From contig CAYYKL010000002.1 in NCBI GenBank assembly GCA_964441155.1, positions 58,414 through 122,413 of the forward strand: DNA of 64,000 bases, given 5' to 3'. The position numbers were made by a program, and so were the translations under genes. The notes under the pieces were generated by a model. That model searched no databases, had not been told where the DNA came from, and was given only the letters and a program-made list of their open reading frames with translations. This stretch comes from an uncultured Pseudomonadales bacterium. Lineage in GTDB: Bacteria; Patescibacteriota; Microgenomatia; UBA1400; RBG-16-45-19. Position 1 is the first letter of the stretch. Every line of letters starts with the position of its first letter. Shown here in pieces: positions 29,712 to 39,999 of the stretch.

Positions 29712-30893
29712 TTAATCAACCAGTGTTAAAGCAATGCCTTGCTTATTGGCTCTGCCGGTGCGACCAATGCGGTGAATGTAATCTTCATAGGTTTCGGGTA
29801 GATCGTAGTTAATTACATGAGTCACGTCACTGATATCCAAACCTCTTGAGGCAACATCAGTAGCCAACAACACCCTCACTCGCTCTGACTTAAACATATC
29901 AAGTGCTTTACGACGTTGACTCTGATTTTTATTGCCATGAATAGCGGCTACCGAGAGTCCACGATCCTGCAAATTTCGAGCAATGCGATCAGTGCTATGT
30001 TTAGTTCGCACAAAAACTAAAACTTTGGAAAAGTCTTCTAAAAGCAGTAATTCATGAAGTACGTCTATTTTAATCCGACCATTTAATTTCACTACATCTT
30101 GATTTACCAATGCCGCCGTATCTTGTTTTTTAACTGAAATAACCACCGGATTGGTCAAAAACTTACGCATGACTTCCTGTGCTTTAGCGGGCAGTGTAGC
30201 TGAGAAAAACAACGTGTGTCGCTTAGCAGGCAATGCCGAGACGATGTGGGAGATATCATGGATAAAACCCATATCCAGCATTTGATCGACTTCGTCAAGC
30301 ACAATGGTTGAAAAGCGCATAAATTGCAGCACATTTCGTCGTTCTAAATCAATGAGACGTCCAGGTGTGCCGATTACAAACTGAGGCGAACGGGAAAGCG
30401 ACCGCATTTGAGGCATCATACCCATGCCACCGATACACACGCACGAAAACATATTCAAATATCGAGAAAGTTGACGGAATTCATCATTGATTTGTTCCGC
30501 TAGCTCTCGGGTTGGGGCCACAATCAAAACACGCTCATTGGGATTTGCCATGAGTTTATTGATTAAAGGAATCAAAAAAGCTGCGGTTTTCCCCGTGCCC
30601 GTGTTGGCAATTCCCACAACATCTTTGCCCTGAAGCACTTCAGGAATAATTCTTTCCTGAATGTCAGTTGGCTGCAAATAGCCTTTCGCTTCGATATTAG
30701 CGTGAATTTTGGGGTGAAGCGGAAAATCGCCAAAAGAAAGCTTGGGCACAAACACCTCAATGACTGTGTCAGTTGCTTGCCTTACCAGTAATGACGGGTC
30801 AAAACTGGATACCTTTTTGGGTCCGCGTCTAAAATTTCCATAATAGCCGGCACGATTCGTGGGGCGTGATACTCGTCTTGTCGTATACGACAT
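29712..30893 (-). CDS. DEAD-box RNA helicase
   Basis: Q motif, ANTGTGKT, PTRELA, TPGRL, DEVD, SAT and HRIGRTGR. Confidence 0.95.
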   Translation of the reverse strand: MSYTTRRVSRPTNRAGYYGNFRRGPKKVSSFDPSLLVRQATDTVIEVFVPKLSFGDFPLHPKIHANIEAKGYLQPTDIQERIIPEVLQGKDVVGIANTGTGKTAAFLIPLINKLMANPNERVLIVAPTRELAEQINDEFRQLSRYLNMFSCVCIGGMGMMPQMRSLSRSPQFVIGTPGRLIDLERRNVLQFMRFSTIVLDEVDQMLDMGFIHDISHIVSALPAKRHTLFFSATLPAKAQEVMRKFLTNPVVISVKKQDTAALVNQDVVKLNGRIKIDVLHELLLLEDFSKVLVFVRTKHSTDRIARNLQDRGLSVAAIHGNKNQSQRRKALDMFKSERVRVLLATDVASRGLDISDVTHVINYDLPETYEDYIHRIGRTGRANKQGIALTLVD

Positions 30894-31073
30894 AATAAAC
30901 TCCTACTCAATTTCTCAAATTTTTTTGAGAGGTCTGAGGTGTATATAGAAAAAAAGAAACTTGAGTAGTGAAAACGCTTATCTAATGTAGGAAGAGTTTT
31001 TCTCACCTGCTATAGACTTTGGAAGTCTATATGAGACTAACAGTGCCTTCTTTTCCGTGGTTAACAGGTTGAA

Positions 31074-31102
31074 AGTATACCTTAAGCGGTCAAGATTAGC
31101 AA
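31074..31102 (-). promoter_or_regulatory. Sigma70-type promoter for the DEAD-box gene
   Basis: Minus strand TTGCTA-N17-TATACT. Confidence 0.55.
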
Positions 31103-31124
31103 ATTTTTGGACATGTTGAGCGGC

Positions 31125-31520
31125 TTAATCTATCAAGTCTTTGCGCTTTAAGTCATCGAATATCAGCTGATCAACAGGACCCACACTGTCTCGTTGCGCA
31201 AAAGTGTAATAGTCAATTGATTCAATTTCAGCACTTGGCTGAAGCGTGCCTACAAAATCAGCCTGATAACAAGTCATGCGAACTATTATCCCTTCCGCTT
31301 TTCCATGAGCTTGGGCTTCAAACGTGCCATAGTGAGCGATCGTTTCTGGAATCAAGTCGACGGTTAGCTCTTCTTTAACTTCCCTCATCAAAGCTTCTTC
31401 ATCAGTTTCACCTTGCTCGCGTTTGCCACCAGGAATGTAATAGGTGTCCTTACCTTTGCTTAACGTCATCAAGATCTGACGGTTTTGAATGAAAATGAAC
31501 GCTAATTTATCGATATGCAT
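31125..31520 (-). CDS. NUDIX hydrolase
   Basis: PGGKREQGETDEEALMREVKEEL. Confidence 0.9.
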   Translation of the reverse strand: MHIDKLAFIFIQNRQILMTLSKGKDTYYIPGGKREQGETDEEALMREVKEELTVDLIPETIAHYGTFEAQAHGKAEGIIVRMTCYQADFVGTLQPSAEIESIDYYTFAQRDSVGPVDQLIFDDLKRKDLID

Positions 31521-31551
31521 ACTTGCCTTGCGTGATTATATCGCATCTACT

Positions 31552-33273
31552 CTATCCAAAGGTAAATGCGTACAACTCTACCTCACCCTCAATAAGCTCA
31601 AGAGTAACCGTATGTTTTCCAGGTTTTTCGAGTGAAATAAGGTGATAGAGTCTATCTGCGTCAATACTTACCACGCCATTAACCACATCAATCGCGCTAT
31701 TTTTAACTTCCCCATTAATAGTCACCCTAAGTTTGGCTGTTTTCTGCTTGGGTCGAGCCACAAGAAATGCGTTTTGGGCTTCAAAGTGCAGTTTCAGGGC
31801 GGATCCTGAGCTAGAAGGCGAGGCGAATTCCGGTGTTATTTGCCAACTTCCCTCCAGTGCAAACGAGTTTTCAGGCAACTCGTTTGGCGAACTGAAATCC
31901 ATCGATTGATCTTTGACAATATTTTCTGGCGACGATAAATATTCGATGCGGTCATAACCCAGGTATAGCTCAGGAGTTCTAGCGAACGATTTATATGTTG
32001 GGTTATTAATTGATTTTGGTGTAAATGCCTCGCCGGACTCACTCAACAGCTCTTGAATTTTCTGCTCAGTTTCGTCGTATTTGCCCTCACCAAAATGGGT
32101 ATATCGAATAACCCCCTGTTTATCCAGCAAATACTTGGCTGGCCAATAACGGTTCTTATATGCTTTCCAGGTTGCAAAATCATTGTCTTGGACGATTGGA
32201 TATGAAAGTTCAAAATCTTCAATTGCTTGAGCTACATTGTCTGGATTTTTTTCAAATTCAAACTCTGGAGAATGAACACCAATAATCACCAATCCATCTT
32301 GCTCATATTTTTCCCACCAGGTTCGCAAATATGGCAAAGTTCTCTGACAGTTAATGCAAGAATACGTCCAAAAATCGATTAACACTACCTTGCCCCGAAG
32401 CTCTTGAAGTTTGAGTGGCTCTGAGTTGAACCAATTGCCTCCAGGAATTATCTCTGGCGCCAACTCTGATGGCGAATCGATTGATTTAGAAGATGAATTA
32501 GATTGGCTCGTATTTTTTGAAGCCTCATTGTGCAGCTGATCGAGTTGATTTTTTACGAGCTCATTGTCTTCGAATTGGGTTAGACCAATTCCATAATTAG
32601 GAAACGTTTCCAAAATATAGGTTTGGAATCGTCGGTCGACATTGAAATAGATTCCAAGAGCAGTTAGGATCATGAGCATTCCAAATACTTTTTGAATTCG
32701 GCTTGTATTTCTAACTAACCAAGGCACCTTCTGCAAAGCTTTTGACCCTGCCAGCATGATCGCAAACATGGGGATGACTGTGCCAGCGGCATATGCGAGA
32801 GTCAATAAAAACGCTTGTACGGTAACAGCCCCTGTAATCGCTAAACTAATCACCGATGCCAGAATGGGGCCAACGCAAGGAGTCCACAGTAAACCTAGAG
32901 AAAATCCAATCACCAATCCTCCCCAAAAGCCGCTTCTGTCTGTACCAGATGGCATCAAATTGGCCAGTCTGCCGAAAACAATTTCCATCTTCGTTTGTAT
33001 TTGAGGAACTAGCAAACTTGCTCCAAAGGCTGACAATACCAGAATCGAAAAAATACGTAGTGATTCTGAGGGAATACCACTTAACCGAACTATAGCTGAT
33101 AAAAAGAGCGTGAAAAAGGTAAAGCTAGCAACAAATCCAATCACCACACCAACTGGCTTTTGTTTTCCTGATGCATCACTTGAAGATAAAATAATTGGCA
33201 AAAGCGGCAAAATACAGGGCGATAGAACAGTCACGATACCGGCTATAAACGCAAAAGCGATGAGTAATAACAT
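31552..33273 (-). CDS. dipZ: Cytochrome c biogenesis / redox protein DipZ (CcdA + thioredoxin + C-terminal beta domain)
   Basis: SPCILP, WTPCVGP, DFWTYSCINC, HSPEF, YWPA, TPELYLG and terminal YAFTFG. Confidence 0.92.
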   Translation of the reverse strand: MLLLIAFAFIAGIVTVLSPCILPLLPIILSSSDASGKQKPVGVVIGFVASFTFFTLFLSAIVRLSGIPSESLRIFSILVLSAFGASLLVPQIQTKMEIVFGRLANLMPSGTDRSGFWGGLVIGFSLGLLWTPCVGPILASVISLAITGAVTVQAFLLTLAYAAGTVIPMFAIMLAGSKALQKVPWLVRNTSRIQKVFGMLMILTALGIYFNVDRRFQTYILETFPNYGIGLTQFEDNELVKNQLDQLHNEASKNTSQSNSSSKSIDSPSELAPEIIPGGNWFNSEPLKLQELRGKVVLIDFWTYSCINCQRTLPYLRTWWEKYEQDGLVIIGVHSPEFEFEKNPDNVAQAIEDFELSYPIVQDNDFATWKAYKNRYWPAKYLLDKQGVIRYTHFGEGKYDETEQKIQELLSESGEAFTPKSINNPTYKSFARTPELYLGYDRIEYLSSPENIVKDQSMDFSSPNELPENSFALEGSWQITPEFASPSSSGSALKLHFEAQNAFLVARPKQKTAKLRVTINGEVKNSAIDVVNGVVSIDADRLYHLISLEKPGKHTVTLELIEGEVELYAFTFG

Positions 33274-33284
33274 GCTATTTCCTC

Positions 33285-33794
33285 TTAGTTAATATTCGCG
33301 ATTATTTCCTTGATTTGCCCACCATTCCATGTCTTTATTGCGTTGTTTTGAGCATCAATATAGACAAAAGTGTGTTGATACGTAATTGCATAGTTCCTGG
33401 CTAGCTCCTTTTCACTATCGTCTGTGTCCGTATCGTTATAGTTGACTCGAATAACAACCACATCAGTCGGCAATTGATGCATGTTTGCTTGAATATCCTG
33501 CTCGGCTGCTTTGCAGGTTGGGCACCAGTTGGCGTAAAAGAAGAGAATTCGGCGTTTATCAAGATTCTCTAACAAAACTGTGTCCGAAAATTCTTGATAA
33601 GAGTTTGTGGCGTTCGCATCGGGTTGTGGATTTTCGGCAGTTACTTGCACCTGATTCGATTCTTGAGTTGAAGGAGTAGTGGAAAGCTCAGGTTTGCGAT
33701 TATTTGCGCCAGATAATTGGTTAGTTAAAATAATGCTTAGTCCAATGCCAAACACAATTGCAATAAGTATTCCGATTTTCATCGTCTTGGTCAT
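33285..33794 (-). CDS. Membrane-anchored thioredoxin-like protein
   Basis: N-terminal TM; FYANWCPTC and YAITYQHTFV. Confidence 0.88.
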   Translation of the reverse strand: MTKTMKIGILIAIVFGIGLSIILTNQLSGANNRKPELSTTPSTQESNQVQVTAENPQPDANATNSYQEFSDTVLLENLDKRRILFFYANWCPTCKAAEQDIQANMHQLPTDVVVIRVNYNDTDTDDSEKELARNYAITYQHTFVYIDAQNNAIKTWNGGQIKEIIANIN

Positions 33795-33843
33795 ATGTTA
33801 ATGTCTCCTTATTTTGTATATCAGATATCTATTAGATGTTAGG

Positions 33844-35340
33844 TTAATGTGTTGCCTGTTGCCAACTGCCCTCGTTTGTTTTCCATCTCAATGGCGAAGG
33901 CCGAATAGATTGTAATTCATCAATTGCAGAAACTCCTCGAAACACCAAAGCCAGCACCAAATCTTCCAACAAATGATACATGTTGCTGGCGACAGTTGGT
34001 CGCACATAAGGAATAAATGATTTAATCGCTTTAGAAGTTTCACCCTCGACAAATGCTGGGATTCCTTTTGCCATCATCTTCCCATCCTGATATTTGGTTC
34101 GAGCAGATGCTTCTCCACCATAAGGCTTAAACCATTCACCTTGTTTATTAACCCAATACATAAGCCCTCCGGGAGATTCAATCGTGCCGCCTGCAGCCAA
34201 GCGACTCACCCCAATGCCAGACGCCCCCAAAACCAGCGTTGTCCCAATGTGATCACTGGCTCCCCCTTCGACAATGACCGGAATTCCTACATTTCCTCTC
34301 AAGCGCCACAGTAAATTTGGCCAATCAACCACACTTCCGGAGCGCACTGCCGTAATACATCGACCCCCGCCGCCAATTCCCATGTACAAACCATCTGCGC
34401 CCGCGGCTTCAAATTGCTTTGCTTGGGTAATCGATGTCACTTGTCCAGCAAAAATTTCGATTGAGTCGGAAAATTCGCGCCTGAGTGCATCAACAATAAC
34501 GAGTGCATCTTTGCCTGGCTCAGGAGAATACACTCTGAAGCTGCGCACACCTGCAGCATACAGTGCCTCAGCCCGTTTGAGTCCTGATTGTTCAGTTTCA
34601 ATAACACCCATGATGTTTCGCTTCCACATTTTAAGCAAGGCTTTGCGATCAGGACGGTTATGAATAAATTCTTCTTGCTTCATCCAAGCTAATGTAGCTC
34701 GAACCAAATCAACTTGACGCTTGATGTCGGCAAAAACACCGTTTCGAGGTACACAAGCTAGCGCATGGCACATGGCCACTGTTGCCAAAGCTGCTGGAGC
34801 CCCAAAAACATCAGGCATTGCTCCTGAAGCAAAGGGAATGCGCGCATGCTTACCTAATTTAATGAAGGGTCCATTTTGCAAAAGATCACGTCGAGAAACC
34901 CGACTATTCTTATGCCCAACCACAATTGATCCCAAGTCTCCAATCGAAAATGCCAAGCCATTTTCGTCGGCATAATCCATAACCTTACAAGACATTTCTT
35001 GAAGCTTAATAAATGGTTTTGTCTCAATTTTCTGCAAGGCTTCAAGCCTATTTGGATGATTCATGAGCTCCAACATATACTGGCGTACTTGGAGGGTATC
35101 CCACAGCTCTTCTTCGGAGAGCAATGTTTTACCGAGCTTGGGCAAGTAATCAAAAGGTGTCGACAGCATTCCCTGAGAGGGGTATACCTCACCTGCTTCG
35201 CCACTTTGCTTATACCACCGATCAAATAATTCGTTTTTTCGAGAGAGATAATGAGCAAATTGAGACTCTAGGTATTCACCGCCTAAAGTTTGATCCTGCA
35301 GATTTTTGAATGAAATGGTGGTTGAAGTTTTTGCTGCCAC
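33844..35340 (-). CDS. Divergent IMP dehydrogenase / GMP reductase family protein
   Basis: PFASGAMPDV, AGQVTS, GADGLYMGIGGGGRCIT, VIVEGG and KPYGGEAS follow the order of the IMPDH TIM-barrel motifs. Confidence 0.75.
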   Translation of the reverse strand: MAAKTSTTISFKNLQDQTLGGEYLESQFAHYLSRKNELFDRWYKQSGEAGEVYPSQGMLSTPFDYLPKLGKTLLSEEELWDTLQVRQYMLELMNHPNRLEALQKIETKPFIKLQEMSCKVMDYADENGLAFSIGDLGSIVVGHKNSRVSRRDLLQNGPFIKLGKHARIPFASGAMPDVFGAPAALATVAMCHALACVPRNGVFADIKRQVDLVRATLAWMKQEEFIHNRPDRKALLKMWKRNIMGVIETEQSGLKRAEALYAAGVRSFRVYSPEPGKDALVIVDALRREFSDSIEIFAGQVTSITQAKQFEAAGADGLYMGIGGGGRCITAVRSGSVVDWPNLLWRLRGNVGIPVIVEGGASDHIGTTLVLGASGIGVSRLAAGGTIESPGGLMYWVNKQGEWFKPYGGEASARTKYQDGKMMAKGIPAFVEGETSKAIKSFIPYVRPTVASNMYHLLEDLVLALVFRGVSAIDELQSIRPSPLRWKTNEGSWQQATH

Positions 35341-35448
35341 GCACTAACCATTAAAGCAAAGAAATTGCGATATGTCAGAAGCAATTTTTATTGGCAACAC
35401 TCGTGTTACACTATAATTATTAGGGTAACAAATAGTTTTTGGAGGTAT

Positions 35449-35889
35449 ATGGCAAAGAATTTTTCGTTTTCAAAAAATCCCGGCATGATTATCACAGCCA
35501 CCTATGTGATCATGTATATCGTTAATGCTCCCATCCTGTATCTTGCAAATATGTTATTCCCCGAGCAAGTAGTATTGGGAACCGCTACCCTTTCGTTGAT
35601 GTGGGCAGTAGTTTTAAGCATGAGTGCCTTATCATTAATCCTCACGCTTCTGATTCCGTTTTTACATGAAATTGAGCGGAAACTCGATCGTGACTTAACC
35701 ATGCAAGAGTGGATCGGAGCATATCTAGCCATTAACTTTGGCGGCATTTGGCTCATTTCGCGCTTTTCCGAGCAATTTGGTCTGGGTGTTTCATCCTGGC
35801 TGGTAGTCTTGGGATTAGCAGTTGTTATGAACCTGGTTCAGGGTGTAATTATGATGCAATTTGAGAAATTCAGAAAATCACACAACTAG
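35449..35889 (+). CDS. Four-TM hypothetical membrane protein
   Basis: GGAGGT SD just before ATG 35449; four hydrophobic helices. Confidence 0.7.
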   Translation: MAKNFSFSKNPGMIITATYVIMYIVNAPILYLANMLFPEQVVLGTATLSLMWAVVLSMSALSLILTLLIPFLHEIERKLDRDLTMQEWIGAYLAINFGGIWLISRFSEQFGLGVSSWLVVLGLAVVMNLVQGVIMMQFEKFRKSHN

Positions 35890-35947
35890 TTTCGAGCGTT
35901 GAAAAAACCAAGCGAAAATACTGGGCAGTTAAGTATGCGGGTAGAAT

Positions 35948-36790
35948 CTATATCTGTGTATTGCAAGCTGCAAAGGAACCTTGCTCGTAGCCGCGGTTAA
36001 ACCATGTCAATCGCTGCTCTGCTGATCCATGTGTCCATGATTCTGGATTGACTCGACCTGTTGTCTTGGCTTGAATCCGATCATCTCCGACTGCGGCAGC
36101 TGCATCCATTGCTTCTCCAATTTCTCCCGCTTCTAACACTCCTAAATCTTTAATGGAATGAAACCAAAGACCTGCAAAACAGTCTGCCTGCAATTCCAGC
36201 GCAATTGAAGCTTCGTTGGCACGATCTGGATTGGTACGCTCAATCTCCTGCACTTTTTCCATAGTTCCCAACTCTTGTTGTGCGTGATGCGCGGCTTCAT
36301 GAGCAATAACATAGGCTTCGGCCACGTCACCCCCTTGAGCTCCCAAACGATTGGTTAGCTCATCAAAAAAAGTTTCATCGAGGTAAATGATCTTGTCCAG
36401 CGGGCAATAATGGGGGCCTATTTGAGAAGTAGCCGTGCCACAGCCTGATTGCGTGGCAACGCGAAATAAGACCATTTTTGGTTGTGTGTAAGTTCGATTT
36501 ATATTACTAAACTCTTGTTCCCACAGGACATTGTTCGATCCAAGCACTGTTGAAGCAAACACTTCATACGCATCTTCACCTTCGAATTCTGGGTTTTGTT
36601 TAATCGGTTGAGTTTGGACCGGTAACGATTCGAGTTGTGTTAATACATCACCCAAATCACCACCTGTGAGCAAATTAAAGGCCACGATCAAAGCCACGCC
36701 GGTTAAGCTTATTCCTCCCAATGCCACAGGACCAAGTGAGCGCCTGTCTTCGACATTTCCTCGGGTATTTAGTTTATCCCACACTGCCAT
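35948..36790 (-). CDS. Neutral zinc metallopeptidase, YpfJ family
   Basis: NVEDRR, SGCG, GPHYCP, AHEAAHH, ELQADCFAG and WTHGS. Confidence 0.93.
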   Translation of the reverse strand: MAVWDKLNTRGNVEDRRSLGPVALGGISLTGVALIVAFNLLTGGDLGDVLTQLESLPVQTQPIKQNPEFEGEDAYEVFASTVLGSNNVLWEQEFSNINRTYTQPKMVLFRVATQSGCGTATSQIGPHYCPLDKIIYLDETFFDELTNRLGAQGGDVAEAYVIAHEAAHHAQQELGTMEKVQEIERTNPDRANEASIALELQADCFAGLWFHSIKDLGVLEAGEIGEAMDAAAAVGDDRIQAKTTGRVNPESWTHGSAEQRLTWFNRGYEQGSFAACNTQI

Positions 36791-37057
36791 AGTTTTTCCC
36801 TTTCATTCACATTACAGTACGTATATTCTCGTGATCATATGAGGCAAATGTAAGAATTAGGCAAGGCAACAGTAAAAATATCAATGATCATAAATACAAT
36901 ATATCCTAGAATTTTTAACTCCTACATAGTGCTTATTGGTTGATGAGTCATTATCGAATGAGCATAGAAAATCTCACTTACAGCGATATTACAAAAGTTT
37001 CACGATTGCCCATGCAAGCACAAGTATTATTCGTACTTAGATTGGAGGTGATACAAA

Positions 37058-37567
37058 ATGACAAACAGACAAATTGTTGGATTATTTTCCAACTATGATG
37101 ATGCAAATGCTGCGGTAGCTGATTTAATGGCTAGCGGCTTTTCCAAAGGAGATTTAGATTTGGTCGCCAAAGAAGAAACACTTAAAGCAGCCGGAACGTC
37201 TCAAGCTGAGGTCGAAAAAGACTTGGGCGGAGGCACCGTTTCGGGCGCTAAAACAGGTGCTATGCTTGGTGGAATCGCTGGATTAATCGTTGGTGTTTCG
37301 GCTCTTGCAGTGCCAGGCATCGGACCATTGATTACCCTGGGCACACTATCAACCGCCATTGGCTCAACTGCCGTTGGTGCCGGTGTTGGAGCTGCTGGAG
37401 GTGGAGTGGTTGGCGCTTTGGTTGGTTTAGGTTTTTCCGATGATGAAGCAACTGAATTTGAACAGGGATTGAACCAAGGATCAATTCTAGTTGCTGCAAA
37501 AGTGAATGGCAATGAACAGGTTATTCGCGATATCTTCCAAAAGCATAACGCGGTAAAAATTCACTAA
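37058..37567 (+). CDS. General stress protein (YflT/DUF1269-like, glycine zipper)
   Basis: VGLFSNYDDA, Gly/Ala-rich zipper with VPGIGP, LVGLGFSDDEA; strong GGAGGTGA SD. Confidence 0.8.
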   Translation: MTNRQIVGLFSNYDDANAAVADLMASGFSKGDLDLVAKEETLKAAGTSQAEVEKDLGGGTVSGAKTGAMLGGIAGLIVGVSALAVPGIGPLITLGTLSTAIGSTAVGAGVGAAGGGVVGALVGLGFSDDEATEFEQGLNQGSILVAAKVNGNEQVIRDIFQKHNAVKIH

Positions 37568-37582
37568 AAACAACGCTTTAAT

Positions 37583-37620
37583 TAAACAAACACTCTCTAT
37601 CAACAGAGAGTGTTTGTTTA
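37583..37620. terminator. Bidirectional intrinsic terminator
   Basis: Perfect 16-bp inverted repeat TAAACAAACACTCTCT-atcaac-AGAGAGTGTTTGTTTA between convergent genes. Confidence 0.8.
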
Positions 37621-37672
37621 TGTTGCAAAAACTCAAAAGTTATCATGACTTTTAGTGGTCACCTGAAGTCAT

Positions 37673-39460
37673 TTAATACAGCTCGTATTCGCTCAACAAT
37701 TTTTTGTTACCTTCAACCTGGTATTGCAATAGTTCAGCATACAAACCATCTCGTTTGGCAAGTTCTCGTGGCTTGCCGGCATCAGCGATTGTGCCTTTAT
37801 CAAGCACAATGATGCGATCAACATTTTGAATCGTTGAAAAGCGATGCGCGATAATGATAACCAAGCGGTTTTGATAGAGCTTTTCCAAAGCATCTTGCAC
37901 CAAGCGCTCAGACTTTGAATCAAGACTACTGGTTGCCTCATCCAGAATCAGAACAGGCTTGTTGTGTAGAATTGCTCGAGCAATTTGAATCCGTTGTTTT
38001 TGCCCACCCGAAAGCTTGACCCCACGTTCACCAATTTGAGCGTCTAAGCCCTCTTTATATTTTTTAACAAACTCAGAAGCATTTGCTTGATCTAATGCTT
38101 TCCAAATCTCTTTGTCGCTAGCCTGCTCAACGCCATAGGCCACATTCTCACGAATAGTGGAAGAAAAAAGTTCATTGTCTTGAAAAACGAGTGCCACATG
38201 ATCACGAATCCAAGCATGGCTTGAGGTGGTGTATGATTTACCCGACAGCGTGATTGCGCCCGAGGTTGGCTCATAGAGTTTTAAGATGAGATTAATAAGC
38301 GTTGTTTTACCTGCACCCGAGTGTCCAACCAATGCCACCGTTTCCTGTCGATCCAAATGAATATTAATATTTTTTAGTACGGGCTCATCATCTTCGTAGG
38401 CAAAAGACACGTTTTGCATTTCAATCCGTGGATCTGCAACCAGCTTGGCTAACTTTTTGGTGTGAAACTGCTCACTCCCCTCAAGTGCTAATACTTCAAA
38501 GAACGCTTTGGAATCGGCCTCTGCTCGCTGGACTTGCTCCAAGATGTAGCTCATGCCATAGAGCGGCCAGCGCAATTGATTTAAAAGCTGAATAATTAAA
38601 ACCATTTCACCCAAAGTTAGTTGACCCAAGAAAGTCCCACGGAAGATGAGAAAAAGAATCAACACAAAGGCAATTTCTAAACCAAACTCACGAATAAAGT
38701 TGAGCACGTGATACAAGGTTGATTGGCGGTCATACAACTTGTTGATAATTTCGTATTTACTTGAGACATAACCCCATTCTTTGGGTTGCGTGTTGTAGGT
38801 TTTAACCAAGGTAATATTGCTAATTACTTCTTGAATGCGCCCTCGTGTTGCATCTTCATGAATGTTTTTCTTTTCTTGGATTTGACCCCATTTACGCGTT
38901 GAGTAACTGGAAATGGCGATATAGGCAGGGAAAACAGACAGCGCCAATAAACCAATTTTTATATCGAAGTAGCTTAATACGGCAATACCAAATATTGCCT
39001 GTAAAATGGCGGGCAAAATAAAATTGGTGGCTGAGCCAACAAACTCGCGAATCGAGTTAATTCCCCGATTAAGTTGATTTACCATTTTGCCAGATATTTC
39101 GGAGTCAAAATATTTCTGTGGCAGAGTAAAAATTTTGCGATAGTAAATCTCCGTGAGATAGCGACCCAGTCGAGAAGCAATATGATCACCTAAACGCTGG
39201 TTGATGGAGTTTAATAAGACCCCGCCCAAATTAATGAGCAAGATGAAAATAAATAAAAGTGAGAGTGTTTGAAAATTCCCGGTACCGGTTGAGATTTGAT
39301 TGGATAATTCATCAACAACGTATTTAAGTGTAATTGGCGTGGCTTGCTGCAACACCGCTTGAATAAGAATAAGCAGCGACGCCACCACAATCCATTTATG
39401 CTGGGGTTTGGAAAGCTTGATAATGTTAAAAATATTTTTCATAAATAACTTACGAATCAC
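37673..39460 (-). CDS. ABC exporter, fused permease/ATPase (MsbA/MdlB-like)
   Basis: Six TM, then GHSGAGKT, LSGGQKQR, LDEATSSLD and IAHR. Confidence 0.93.
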   Translation of the reverse strand: MIRKLFMKNIFNIIKLSKPQHKWIVVASLLILIQAVLQQATPITLKYVVDELSNQISTGTGNFQTLSLLFIFILLINLGGVLLNSINQRLGDHIASRLGRYLTEIYYRKIFTLPQKYFDSEISGKMVNQLNRGINSIREFVGSATNFILPAILQAIFGIAVLSYFDIKIGLLALSVFPAYIAISSYSTRKWGQIQEKKNIHEDATRGRIQEVISNITLVKTYNTQPKEWGYVSSKYEIINKLYDRQSTLYHVLNFIREFGLEIAFVLILFLIFRGTFLGQLTLGEMVLIIQLLNQLRWPLYGMSYILEQVQRAEADSKAFFEVLALEGSEQFHTKKLAKLVADPRIEMQNVSFAYEDDEPVLKNINIHLDRQETVALVGHSGAGKTTLINLILKLYEPTSGAITLSGKSYTTSSHAWIRDHVALVFQDNELFSSTIRENVAYGVEQASDKEIWKALDQANASEFVKKYKEGLDAQIGERGVKLSGGQKQRIQIARAILHNKPVLILDEATSSLDSKSERLVQDALEKLYQNRLVIIIAHRFSTIQNVDRIIVLDKGTIADAGKPRELAKRDGLYAELLQYQVEGNKKLLSEYELY

Positions 39461-39520
39461 TAATTATGATTCGGGTATCGTAACAGAAATATGAGCTTGA
39501 TTTCTAGATTGCAACCCAAC

Positions 39521-39868
39521 TTAAGAGATTGCTTGTTGCTTTTGATGCGTCTCTCCCCATTCTCCAAGTGCTGCTAATACTTGATTGAGTGAATTGCCAT
39601 GAGCAGTGATGGAATATTCAACTTTGGGGGGAATCTGCGCGTAGACTTTGCGACTAACCAGATTGTCGCTTTCCATTTCGCGCAATTGCTGGGTGAGCAT
39701 TTTTTGCGTGATCCCTGGTATTTTTTTAGTGAGCTCGCTGAAGCGCAATGTTCCCTGGGTCAAATGCCACAAGATTATGAGCTTCCATTTACCACCCACA
39801 ACACCAATGGTTGTAGTTACGGGACAGACAGCATGCATTAATTCTTGAGAATTACTTACTTTATTCAT
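39521..39868 (-). CDS. HxlR-family winged-helix regulator
   Basis: CPV...GGKWK, RFSEL, QKMLTQQLRE and PPKVEYS. Confidence 0.92.
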   Translation of the reverse strand: MNKVSNSQELMHAVCPVTTTIGVVGGKWKLIILWHLTQGTLRFSELTKKIPGITQKMLTQQLREMESDNLVSRKVYAQIPPKVEYSITAHGNSLNQVLAALGEWGETHQKQQAIS

Positions 39869-39999
39869 AGTATAGATCTTTATTGTGTGTACTTGTTTAA
39901 ATAATTGCCTGTTCCTATTATACAGCAGGTTTGACATCAATCGAAGTGCTTACGTTGATTTACAAACACGATAGATTAATTCGGTAACAAGCGGGAGAT

